A stretch of DNA of 64,000 bases from Narcine bancroftii. Its lineage: Eukaryota. Shown here one piece after another: positions 38,285 through 49,700 of this stretch (position 1 is the first letter of the stretch; each line of letters opens with the position of its first letter). Below the pieces are notes generated by a model that was not told where the DNA came from, did no database searches, and saw only the letters and a program-made list of their open reading frames with translations. The stretch spans positions 3,658,001 through 3,722,000 of the forward strand of contig NC_091476.1 of NCBI RefSeq assembly GCF_036971445.1. The letters are read 5' to 3'. Both the position numbers and the translations under genes were made by a program.

Positions 38285-39365
38285 TTCAAGTTTATTATTA
38301 TCTGACGACATATTACAACCCAACGAAACAGCATTTTTCTGGACCATCCTGCGTGCATGCATGCTTGCGCACACACACAAAACAGGGTACAAAATAACAA
38401 CATATATATATATAGATAAAGATATAATTTAAAATAAATTAATATAAATTTTATTTTTGGAAGGAATATATGGATCGGCACAACATCAAGGGCCGAAGGG
38501 CCTGTACTGTGCTGTATTGCTCTATGTTCTATATACCTTTGGGATGATCTACTTGATGACAGAACATTGTTCATCAATTTCACAGCTTGCGGGAAGAGCT
38601 ATTTTCTAGCCTGGTAGTCCTGATTTTGATGCTCCAGTTCCTCTTTCTTGATACTCACAAAAATACTGTATGCTGGATGAAAAGGGACTTCTATTATTCT
38701 TTGAGCCATGCTAAGCAATGCTCTGGTAAATAATCATCAGTAGAGGTGAAGGAGATCCCAGTGATCTCCTCGGTTGTTTTGATGGACCTCTGTATTGACT
38801 TCCAGTCTGATGCTTTGCAGCTACTGTTACCACATCATGTACAGTTGTGCTATATAATGTTGTCAAGATGGGACTGGTAGCCTTGCCTTTCTGAACCTCC
38901 TTAGGAAGTGTAGGAGGTGTTATGAATCCAGAATACAGTAGGTCCCTCTTTCTTTGCACACCAAGGAATTTTGTGCAGTCCATTCTCTCCATGATAGAAC
39001 CATTGAGGAGAATCATTAACCTTTCTACTCCCAAAGTAAGAAATCATCTCCTTTGTCTTGTCCTCACTGAGACTCAGGTTATTGTTTCTGCACCATTTTA
39101 CAAGCCTTCTGACCTTCTCTCTGTGAGGCGATTCATCATGGTTGCCGATGAGGCGAACGACAATTGTACGACCCACACACTTGACGATTTTGTTACAACT
39201 GAATCTGGTAGTCCAGTCAGGAGTCAGTAGCATGAACAGCCAAAGGCGAAGAACACAGATCTGAGGTGCACCAGTGCTCAGCAAGATGAGGCGAGCCAAT
39301 CCAGACAGACTGGTCTTTTGGTCAAGAAGCCCAGAATCCGGTTGCAGAGAGGAATGTTGAGTCCT
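38285..39365 (-). mobile_element. Rex1/Babar-like LINE fragment
   Basis: LSTGAPQ.CVL..WLF, LVKWCRNNNLSLS..KTKEM. Confidence 0.75.
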
Positions 39366-40257
39366 ACTCTACTGTTTTTCTGTAATGGTCCAGTACTGTG
39401 GATTACAGACAATTCAACATTCGAGGATTGCTATATTGCTTCAACTTCCTTTGTAATTTTATTAGTCTCTCTGGAGAATGTGTGGAGCTTATTCTTCTTC
39501 CAATATGCATTGCATCATGGTTTGTTGGATTTGATCTTATCTGAAAAGTTGCATCTTTTGTTCCTGAGAGACCTGTAAAGTATCAATGGGTCGTGTATAG
39601 TCCTGCTTCCCAAATGGTAACAGGTACAACTTTATCCAATTTTCATTGAGATTTTGAATCTGGGAAACAGTTAACATTACAAGAAGTATTTATGGACATT
39701 GGTATTGGTAAAATTCTTGATATCTGTGCCTAATTGTGTAAAACTGTAAGACAAGTTTTTTTTTCTATTTCAACTTCCAACTGCTGGGTAGAATTTTGAA
39801 CACAAGAGACCATTTTGTTTGATTCTGCTGACGATGTACTAATCCATCTCTTATCCTTTGGAATAAAAAATGTTCATAATTGATCTTCATTAGATGTCTT
39901 CCTGCATTTCTAGCTTCACTGCTATGTCATGTCATGTTTCTATTCAAGAAGACAATACGCATGCCTACTTTATTTAAAATTCCAGATTAACAGAAAATGT
40001 TTCTGACAGTTGAGTAATTGCAACATCCATTAGCTCAATTTGTGCAATGGAACTGTGGAATAATTCTTTTAGCAAATAGCCCACAATTAATTAGGTAACT
40101 TCAAAGAGTGAAGGGACAATACGAGCATTAAGTGAATACATTTGCTTTTGGTCTTTTGAATTATTCTGTAAGTAACTATATTATGGTGAAAATAAACATG
40201 GGAATAGATTTTTTTGTACAACGATATAAATGAAAGGTGTTTAGATAACTTGTTAAA

Positions 40258-40271
40258 GTCTCCATGGCAAC
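40258..40271. promoter_or_regulatory. RFX X-box motif
   Basis: GTCTCCATGGCAAC fits the GTNNCCATGGNAAC consensus; upstream of the ciliary gene AKAP14. Confidence 0.45.
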
Positions 40272-40474
40272 AGTAGAGAATGATTCCATGGTGTTTTATT
40301 TTTACCTCTTCATCAGTGAGAGGTTCTGGTGTTCAGGATTTATGAATATATTAAAGTGAATAGTTTCTCTTATCTTGAAATTTTGTTTCTAAAGTTTGAT
40401 TGTGACCTTTTCTGTTGGGATTAAACTTTGAATTAGAAAAAGGGGGTGAATGGGGTGGGTAGACTCATTTAATG

Positions 40475-40645
40475 GGGCAGCACCTTTAGGTCACAGCACA
40501 AAACTATTACAGCGACCAGGGTTTGAATTAGACACCATCTGTAAGGAGTTTGTATGTTCTCCCCATGCTCTGTATGAGATTTCTCCAGGGGCTCTAGTTT
40601 TCTCCTATCCTCCAAGGTATGGAGTTGGTAGGTGAATTGGCACAT
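40475..40645 (+). mobile_element. V-SINE fragment
   Basis: GGGTTTGAAT...CTGTAAGGAGTTTGTATGTTCTCCCC. Confidence 0.65.
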
Positions 40646-41006
40646 TACTCGCTGCAGGAGAACATGCTGAGGGATGCACTAAGGCTTGGCACAGTCAGTG
40701 CAAGAACATTGTGGAGAAGGAGCACAGTCTAGAGTTCTCCCATTACTGGGCATTGAGGGGCTGAGACCAAGGGGGGGGGGGGGGGGGCGGGGATGCCACA
40801 GTGGTGGCAATGGTGTAAATAGAAATTAATGTAATGTACAGTGATAGAAATGTATGGTCATAAAACTTAGGGTAGGAGGAGAGTCAATGGTTTTCCTTAT
40901 TAATTTATTGTGAATGGTCCTTTTTTGGTAAAATAAAAGTTTCATGGGCAAGAAGGGTCTTCTACCATGCTGAATTGTTTTAAAAAAATTAACAAACCAC
41001 TATATT

Positions 41007-44000
41007 TTTTTGGTAATTTTTTATTTATCGCACTATGAATCATATCAACCAAAATATTTACAGATGTTTCTAATTAAATATGCAGCGACATTTTCTCTTT
41101 TTTCTCCCCCATCCCTCCCTCCCTCCCACCCCTCTTCCCACCCCCCTCCAAAACCTATAAATATTGAACATATAAAATACAATGAAACTAACATCTTCAC
41201 ACAAAATAAAAACAAACAAGAAGGAATTGTCATCTACTTTTAAATATTAATTCTGATTGTGTTTATCTTTTTATCATTTTAGGTGGTGGAGATCTGAGGC
41301 CGGCTCTTTCTGTTATGTTTCATGTATGCTTCCCAGATTTGTTTAAATAATGTAACTTTGTCTTTTAAATTGTATATATGTAATTTTTTCCAATGGAATA
41401 CACTTATTCATTTCCATGTACCATTGCTGTATTCTCAGGCTCTCTTCCGATTTCCAAGTTGACATAATACATTTTTTTGCTTCTGCTAAGGCTATCATAA
41501 TGAATCTTTTTTTGTTCTTTTAGTTAATAAAAGCCTTGGTCAAGCTTCTTGACCAAAGATCAACAAATCTTTGGTTCTTCCGACACGCTCTACATCTGGT
41601 AAGTTTTGTGTTTTTTCCACCTGATTCATTACTTCCAGGAGAGGTGGAATTAATAACTCTTTAAACGTTTTACAAAATTCTATTGGAAATCCATCCTCTC
41701 CTGGTGTTTTATTGTTCGGCAGCTTTCTTAATATGTCCTGTACTTCCTGTTTCAAACAGTTTTATCAGTTTGCTTTGATCCTCTACTTGCAATTTCAGCA
41801 ATTCGATTTTAGCTAAAAACTCTTCTATTTTATAATTTTTCCCCTCATTATCGGTTCAGTATAGTTGTTTATAAAATTCCTTAAAGTTTTCATTAATCTC
41901 TATTGGGTTGTATGTGATTTGTTTGTCCTTTTTCCTTAACGCCAATATAGTTCTTTTAGCTTGCTCTGTTTTAAGTTGCCAGGCCAATATTTTATGTGTT
42001 TTTTCTCCCAATTCGTAATACTTTTGTTTTGTTTTCATTATGTTCTTCTCCACCTTATATGTCTGTAATATTTCATTTTTTTGTCTGCCAACTCTCTTTT
42101 TCTTCATATACTCCCTTTTCACAAATTCCTTTTCTGTACTTACTATCTTCCTTTCTAGCTGTTCTCTTTCCTGATTGTAGTCCTTTTTCATCTTAGTAAA
42201 CATAACTTATTATCTGTCCTCTGATGAAGGCTTTCATTGCATCCCACAGTATAAATTTATCTTTTACAGATTCTGTGTTTATTTCAAAGTATGTTTAAAT
42301 CTGGCATTCAATAGATTCTCTAAATTCCTGCCTTTTAAGTAGCATGGGGTTTTACCTCTATCGATATGTTCTTGGTGGGATGTCCTCCAGTTCTATTGAT
42401 AATAATGGGTGAATGATCAGATAGCAATCTAGCTTTATATTCAGTTTTTCTAACCCTCCCTTTAATATGGGCTGACAACAAAAACTTATCAATCCTTGAG
42501 TATGTTTTATGCCTACTCAAGTAATATGAATATTCCTTCACTTTTGGGTGCTGTCTCCTCCATATATCCATTAGTTTAATTTCCTGCATTGATTTAATCA
42601 TAAATTTGGCTACTTTATTCTTTTTGTTTGTTATCTTTCCAGTTTTATCCAACACTGGATCCAAATTAAGGTTAAAATCCTCTCCTATCAGAATGTTTCC
42701 TTGTGTTTCTGCAATCTTCAAAAAAATATCCTGCATAAACTTTTGATCCTCCTCATTAGGCATGTATATATTGAGCAAATTCCAAAATTCTGAATATATC
42801 TGACACTTTATCATTGCATACCTTCTGGATGGATCTGCTATTTCCTCCTCTATCTTGATTGGTACATTTTTGTTAACTAATATAGCTACACCTCTAGCTT
42901 TTGAATTATATGATGCTGCCGCTATGTGTCCTATCCAGTCTCTCTTTAATTTGTTATGATCCACCTCGGTTAGATGCGTTTCCTGCACAAATGTTATATC
43001 TATTTTTTTCCTTTTTCAGTAAATTTAGTAGCCTCTTCCTTTTAATTTGGTTATGTATTCCATTAATGTTTATAGTCATATAATTCAACGTGGCCATCTT
43101 ATATCTTTGTTTTCACTTCTTTTCCGCCTCCTCGTCATCTTCATCCCCTTTTTTCCATATGACAACACACTTAAAATATGAAATACCCCAACAATCCCCA
43201 CAAGCAATAACCTTTTAACCCTAAATGAACCCCCCCCTCCTTGGATTGCCCCTTGCCCTTGTCGGGCAACCACAACTCTCCTTTCCATTTGGTTTGTGAT
43301 CATACTCGCAAGCGTCAACCGATTTCACAGTGACGGTTATCCTCCCCCCCCCCAGAGAACACTGTTTTTCTATACATATAACAAAGCTCTCTCTTTCCCC
43401 CCCTTCTTTCCCTTCTCTTTTTCATCTTTAAGTCTTTATATATACACATTATCTTTACTTTATATTATCACATATTTTTGTATATTTTATTGCCAGTCTT
43501 CCTTCTTGTCACTCCTCCTCCTCCTCTCTTCTCCTGTTCTGCAAACATTCTGCAAATTCTTGGGCTTTCTTTGGGTACGAGAACAGCCTATTCTGTTCCC
43601 CAGGGATAAATACTTTGAGTACTGCTGGATGTCTTAATATAAAGTTATAGCCTTTCTTCCATAAGATTGTTTTCATCATGTTGAATTCCTTCCTCTTCTT
43701 TAAAAGTTCAAAACTTATGTCTGGATAAAAAAATATTTTTAGTCCTTTATATTCCAACGGCTTATTGTTTTCTCTAACTTTATTCCTTGCGTGCTCCAGT
43801 ATGTTCTCTCTTGTCATATATCTTATATGAAGAAGTTTTACCAAGATGGATCTCGGTTTTTGGTGTGGTGGCGGCTTCAGTACTAGCGCTCTATTTCTTC
43901 ATGTAAATCTGTTGTTCCCAACACCTTCGGGATCCATCCTTTTATAAATTCCTTCATGTCTGACCCTTCTTCGCCCTAAGAAGATAAGCCCACTATTTTT

Positions 44001-45096
44001 ATGTTGTTTCACCTACTATAGTTTTGCAATATGTCAATTTTCTGGGACAATAAATCTTGTGTCTCCTTAATTTTTTAGTTGCTTTCTTCCAATTTCCCTC
44101 TTAAAATCATTTATTTCCATTTCTACAGCAGTTTCTCGTTCCTCCACATTTTCTACTCTTTTTCCTATTTCTAAACTTTGCATTTTGATTTTAGCTCTTT
44201 TCATTTTTCTTTTAATTGCACTAAATTTGAATGATAGCCATTCTTTTAATGACCTCATTTGTTCTTCAAAAAAGGCTTTATCTATATTTTGTCCATCTGT
44301 TTTACCTTCTTTCCTGTGAAGATCTTGGTCTTCTTCCTCCTCTTCTTCTGTGTCTGTATCTTCTTCTCTGTATCTGTGTATCGTCAGCTCTTTCTGATGA
44401 GCCACTTCTGTGTCTTTAACAGGGCTCCAGTTGCTGGGCCTCTTGCTCTTGGGCCTCCTGTCATAGGCCAACCTGCTGCTGGGCCTCCTGCTGCAGGTCG
44501 TCCCGTTGTTGGTCGCCCTGTCTCTGTTTGCCCTCTTCCAGCCCCTTGTTCCTTTTCTCAGCGCTCTTATGCTCTTCTTTACTGTGGGCTTCCCCCAGCT
44601 GAGCACCCCAGTGCTGGGCGTCCCTCAGCTGTTCAGCCCACAGCTGACCGCTCCTCAGCTGGGCCCTCCCTTCTGCCGGCGTTCACTTTTTCTTTTGCTC
44701 GCACACTGCGCATGCGCGACTCCTCACGCATGCACAGTTGCACACCTTGGCTTGACTTTGAGAGCCATTTTTGAAGTCCGCCGGTCAGGAGGTCACCGCT
44801 CCTCCTGGCACTCACCAACTTCAGAGATCGGTCGCTCCTCTCCACGGTGGCTTCCTTCTCCAATGTGCAGGTAAGGTCGTCTTCTTTTTTTCTCTGGTGA
44901 TTTTCCTTCTCTTTTCTCTGTTATTCTTATTTTCTCTTGTTTGGGTGCCATCTCCTGGCTCTTCTTTGTAACTTTATCTTCCTTTTCCTGTGTTTTATGT
45001 TGATTGAGCTCTGTTTTTTTTCACACTTTTTTTTCTTTTCTCTGGAGAGGGCTGGTTCTACTCGACCAGCCACGACTCTATCACGTGACTCCTCCC
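41007..45096 (-). mobile_element. Full-length-insertion LINE-1 with later internal deletion of the RT
   Basis: TSD CAAACC(A/G)CTATATT at 40993-41006 and 45097-45110; 5'UTR, ORF1 (KIFFYPDISFELLKKRKEF), EN (QETHL, YSRID); jumps from pre-RT sequence to the 3' end near 41520-41595. Confidence 0.93.
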
Positions 45097-45584
45097 CAAA
45101 CCGCTATATTAATGGAAACTGGGTGTATATATCTCAGCCCATCAATAAGAGTGACAGCTTGCCTTCTTGATATGCGTTGCACCAGCAAACCAACCTTTGG
45201 CGATACATGTACAAGCACTCCCAGTCACTGCACAATTACATGATCACCTTAAATAATAATCTGATCTATTTTTCCTTCCAAAATGGATGACCAAAATTAT
45301 AGTCCATCTGCCAGACCCCGTCATCTCCATCCCTTATCTATATCAGTCTTCAGACTCTTTACCTCTACACAATTTGCATTTCCATTTAATTTCATCTCAT
45401 CAGCAAACTTAGATACAGTGCACTTGATCCCCTTTTTAAAATCATTAATGTATACCGTGAACAGCTATGGGCCCAACTCTGACCCCTGTGGCACTCTATC
45501 ACCACTGATTGTCAACCAAAGAAAGATCCATCTCTCTGTCTTCTCTTGGTTACCCAATCCTCGACCACTGCTAATGCATTCCCA

Positions 45585-45875
45585 CCCAACTCCATGAAAC
45601 TGGAGGTCAATGTTAATGCCATCTGGGTGGTGGGCACCCAGGTTGAAGAGGAGGTGTTGTTCCTGTCCTATCCATGCCCTTTTGTCTGTTGGTATAGGCC
45701 CCCTCCCCATTCTTTCCTTCTCCTCACCCTTTTAATTCAGGCGCCTGCCTGCTTTTTACTCACACTTGAGGAAGGGCTCAGGCCCGAAACCTGGGTGATA
45801 TTTCTTGACCTCCAGTGGCCGTTGCCGGGCCTGCTGAGTTTCTCCAGCGTTTCTGTATTGTTGCAGCGTCTGTAG
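45585..45875. mobile_element. Penelope-like inverted fragment with pLTR tail
   Basis: - strand EQHLLFNLGAHHPDGINID; + strand tail CTTGAGGAAGGGCTCAGGCCCGAAAC...CCTGCTGAGTTTCTCCAGC. Confidence 0.75.
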
Positions 45876-45879
45876 ACGC

Positions 45880-46649
45880 TCGTGTTTCACTCCGAGAAGA
45901 TGGTTTGTTGAGTTTGGGGATCCTGGGACTATCTCTTCCAAATCCCCACCAGGGCCCGGGATCCAGTGCTCGCTTTTGATTTGCCAGGGTCTTGGTTCCT
46001 CTGCTCCCTTCCACTGCTGCTCCCACCCGTTTCCAAGCACAACCGAGCCCCGAGCCCATTTTCCTTTCCAACTTGCCGGCGCCTCGGTCCCGCGGACGGG
46101 GCTCCCTGGCCGTGACCATTATTACATGGAGAGCGAAGGCATCTCGTCCAATGGCTTATTCTGAAGGTACTTAAAAGACTCTGGAGAAGAAAGCGGTCAC
46201 CTTTCCTCGTCTTGTCGCCAATGTCATTCACAACATTGAAGGCGTCCTATTGGTGGAAATGGACGTCGTCCTGGATACATTTGTTACTCTTGGCACCGGG
46301 AGACTTCGCTCTCACGGAAACGCGGCGAAATACAGTTCATGTTGCACATGAATTCAATGCGTTATCTTGAATGAATCTCACGTTGCGCGGGTCAAGATTT
46401 GCATTTATATGTGGAGCGGATTGAAAGTTTCAGGGCGAAGATCTTTCCTCAGAATCTCACCGACCCTGAATTCCGTTTCTCTCTTCACAGCGGCTGCCCG
46501 ACAGCAGGGTTTGTATCCAGTTCCGAACTTTGCAGCTCGTTTCTGCTATGGGGAGGGGTCTCCGGGGAATGAAACGATATTAGCTGCAACCACGAACTGT
46601 TGTTTGACTAAGTCTAACTAGGCCAAAATCTTGATTTTGGCAGAGCCCC
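45880..46649 (+). promoter_or_regulatory. AKAP14 CpG-island-like promoter/5'UTR region
   Basis: Local CpG enrichment just upstream of the AKAP14 ATG; strong + strand acceptor ending at 46490. Confidence 0.6.
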
Positions 46650-46758
46650 ATGGATGAGGAATACGTCGACCAATTGTTGCAAAGCCAGGCGAAAGCGATA
46701 GTAGCCCTGGTTCTGGAGAACGCCAAAAGGTACTGGGGAGAACAGATGAGGAAAGAGG
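46650..46758 (+). CDS. AKAP14: AKAP14 first coding exon (putative PKA-RII-binding helix)
   Basis: MDEEYVDQLLQSQAKAIVALVLENAKRYWGEQMRKE G|gtaagg; phase 1 matches the next exon; lies in a CpG-rich region. Confidence 0.82.
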
Positions 46759-49700
46759 GTAAGGAAAAGACCCTTCCTCACACCTTCAACTAATGCACCA
46801 TATCGCAGCTTTAGAAACTCCTGAAAGTGGAAGAGAACCAAGGTTTTAGGAGTAACTTGGAATTTGATAGTGTTTTTCAAAGCCTTTGGGGAGCTTCCAT
46901 TGAACGAGACGCCAGTCTCGTCCCATTTCACCCACGCCCCTATCTCCACGTCCCTACCTATTGAACTTGAAAGGTGAAGCCCATGCCATTAAGCTTGTGC
47001 AAATGTACCCTCCGGGTGGGGATCCACTCACACAATTAAGACTCGGAGACTTGATCCTTCTCCCTCCTCCCACAGTAAAGGCTGACTGGGCCCCTTCGAA
47101 CTAATAAGATTCCATCGGGCCTAGGACGACAAGTGAGAATTAGAATACATCTCAGGAGTAATTATAATTATAAAAGGGAAAGTATTTAATAATAATCAGG
47201 GCACATAGTCCTTAAAGCATTCAGATGGTCTTCTTTCTCTTTTGGACCGGCTCGGCATGGATAGCTGTGCCACTCTTTGCTGGGAACTCGTAGATAGTTG
47301 GGTCGGTGGTCAGTTCGGCAGCAACTGCCTACCTTCGCTGACCTTCAGCGGTGACTGCCCACCTTTGCTGCCCTCCTGGCTGTGTCTCAGTTACTGGACT
47401 CCTCGGTTCGCCACCATCTCTGCCTCCCACCCCCCTCCCCCCACTTGGCCTGAGGGGGTGGGATGTTTGGGGCAGGGCAGGTCTGGTTCCACCTCCTCCA
47501 GTTCATGGACCTTAGTGTCAGTCGTTGCTTGTCATTGGTCAATGTGTCACTTCCACAATCTGTCCCCCACTTGAACAGAGTATGAACAGGGGCTCAATGT
47601 TTGTAAGATTACTCCTACCACCCATGGGTCTCTATAATGTCTATAATCTTGTACCAGAACCCTCTCATCCACTTCCAATGTTCTAGGTGAGCTTTGTGGC
47701 GATGCTGTTTTTTTTACAATCAGAGACCCAGATTTGGATGAACTGTGGACAGCCTGGGCTGCAGGTTGTGGCCAAACATTAGTACTCCTGTGGCGTGTTT
47801 CTGAACCTCAATAGGAAATCTGCGATTTTAGCGTGTCCAGGAGGCATTTAGAAGTTTCATGGTTTTCTTTGCTTCTTTTGAATGTTTGTACAAAATGTTC
47901 TGCCTCCCCATTAGTATTTGGGTGAAAGGGTGCAGACAAAGTATGTCTGATATTGTTGTCATGCATACATTTTTTTAAATGTTCAGATGAGTGATAAGGC
48001 ATCTGCTCTGCTGATGAGTGCTCCTGGTTTATATTTTATATCATAGTTAATACGCCTCTAGTAGCATGGCCCATCATCGAATTCTGGCCATAGCTAATTC
48101 TGGCATACCTTTGTGTGGCCCCAGGATTTAACTAAACAGCTTCTTGTCTGTGATCAGAGTGAATTTTCTTCTGTAAAGATATTGGTGGAATTTTCTTACA
48201 CCAAAAATTATTGCCAGTCCTTAATTTTCGAATTGGGTGTAATTGCGTTCGCTTGTGGTTAATGTTTGTGAAGCAAACGCTACTGGTTGCTCACCTTTTT
48301 CTGTGATTTGGGATAGTACCGCTCCTAGTCCCACTGGTGAAGCATCCTTGGCCAGTGAAAATTCTTTACTAGGGGTCGTAGTGAATCAACACCCTATTTG
48401 TTGATTTTAGAATTTCCTTCAATTGATTGACGGTGTTTTCAGTTTCTGTATTCCAATACCATGTTTGACCTTTCTTGAGTAATTGGTTCAGCGGGCTGCA
48501 TAGTGTAGGCATATTAGGGATATCTTTTCAGTAGTGATTCACAAGTCCTACGGAGGACTGTAATTCTGATTTGATTGTTGGGTATGGAGCCTTGTGAATG
48601 GCTTCTGTTCCTGCTGGATTCATTCACACCCCCTCGTTGTCGATTGTAAACCCAAGATATGTTGCTGAGGGGCACATGAAGACACATTTGTCTTTTCGTT
48701 TAGCCTATTGTAGTCTGGTTAAAACCTTTTCAAGGTTTTGTAAGTGTTCACTGTCGTTTCAGCCGTGATGATGATGTCATCTAGGTAACACCCAACTATG
48801 AGTCCATGTAGTAATTTATCCATTGTTGCTTGGAAAATCGCAGGTATTGCTGATATTCCGTAAGGCCCGAGTATCGGTGAATAGTTCCAGATGGGTATTG
48901 ATTGTCACATATTCCCTTGATATTTTTTTTTCCAATTCTATCTGTTGAAATGCTTGTGACAAATCTAGTTTTGTGAATTTTTGCCTTCTGTTTAGTGCTT
49001 GGAACAATTCTTCTGCCTTGGGCATGGGGTGTTCGGGTATTTTGAAGGTGATTTTGTAATCGCCACAAATGCGAATCTCACCGCTTGCTTTTTGAATGGG
49101 TATGATGGGCCCTGCCCAATCGCTGAATTGTATTGGTTCTAATATGTTTTAGTCTGTTTAATTCAGCCTCAATTTTCCCTTTTATAGCAAATGGGACTGT
49201 TCTGGCTTTGAAGAATTTTGGTTCTGCATTATCTTTTAATAAAAGAATGGCTTGAATGCCTTTGATTTTCCCCAATACTTGTTGGAAAACCATTGCATGG
49301 TTGTTGAAGATTTGGTCGGGAGGTATTGAATGGATTTCCCGCCAGTCTAGGGGAATGTGTTGTAGCCAGTTTCTTCCGAAAAGGGCTGGTCCCTGGGTGT
49401 CTACGATGTAGAGAGATTTTTTTTGGTTGCTGTTTGTATTGTACCTGGACCGTACATTTTCCAAACACTTTGATTCTATCTCCTGTAACAGATCTGAAGA
49501 GTTATTTCAGTAACTTTTAACCAGGAGGCATGGTAGAAAGCATTCCTTTACAGGTAACGGCATTAGGGACCATCTCTGCCTGTGTCTAACTCCATCTTCA
49601 GGAGGTGTCTGTTTATTTTTAGCTGTATAAAGATTGCTGTGTTTCCTCCATTTATTCCTCGAACATATAATATCTCAGGAGTTGAAATTTCAGGAGCTTG

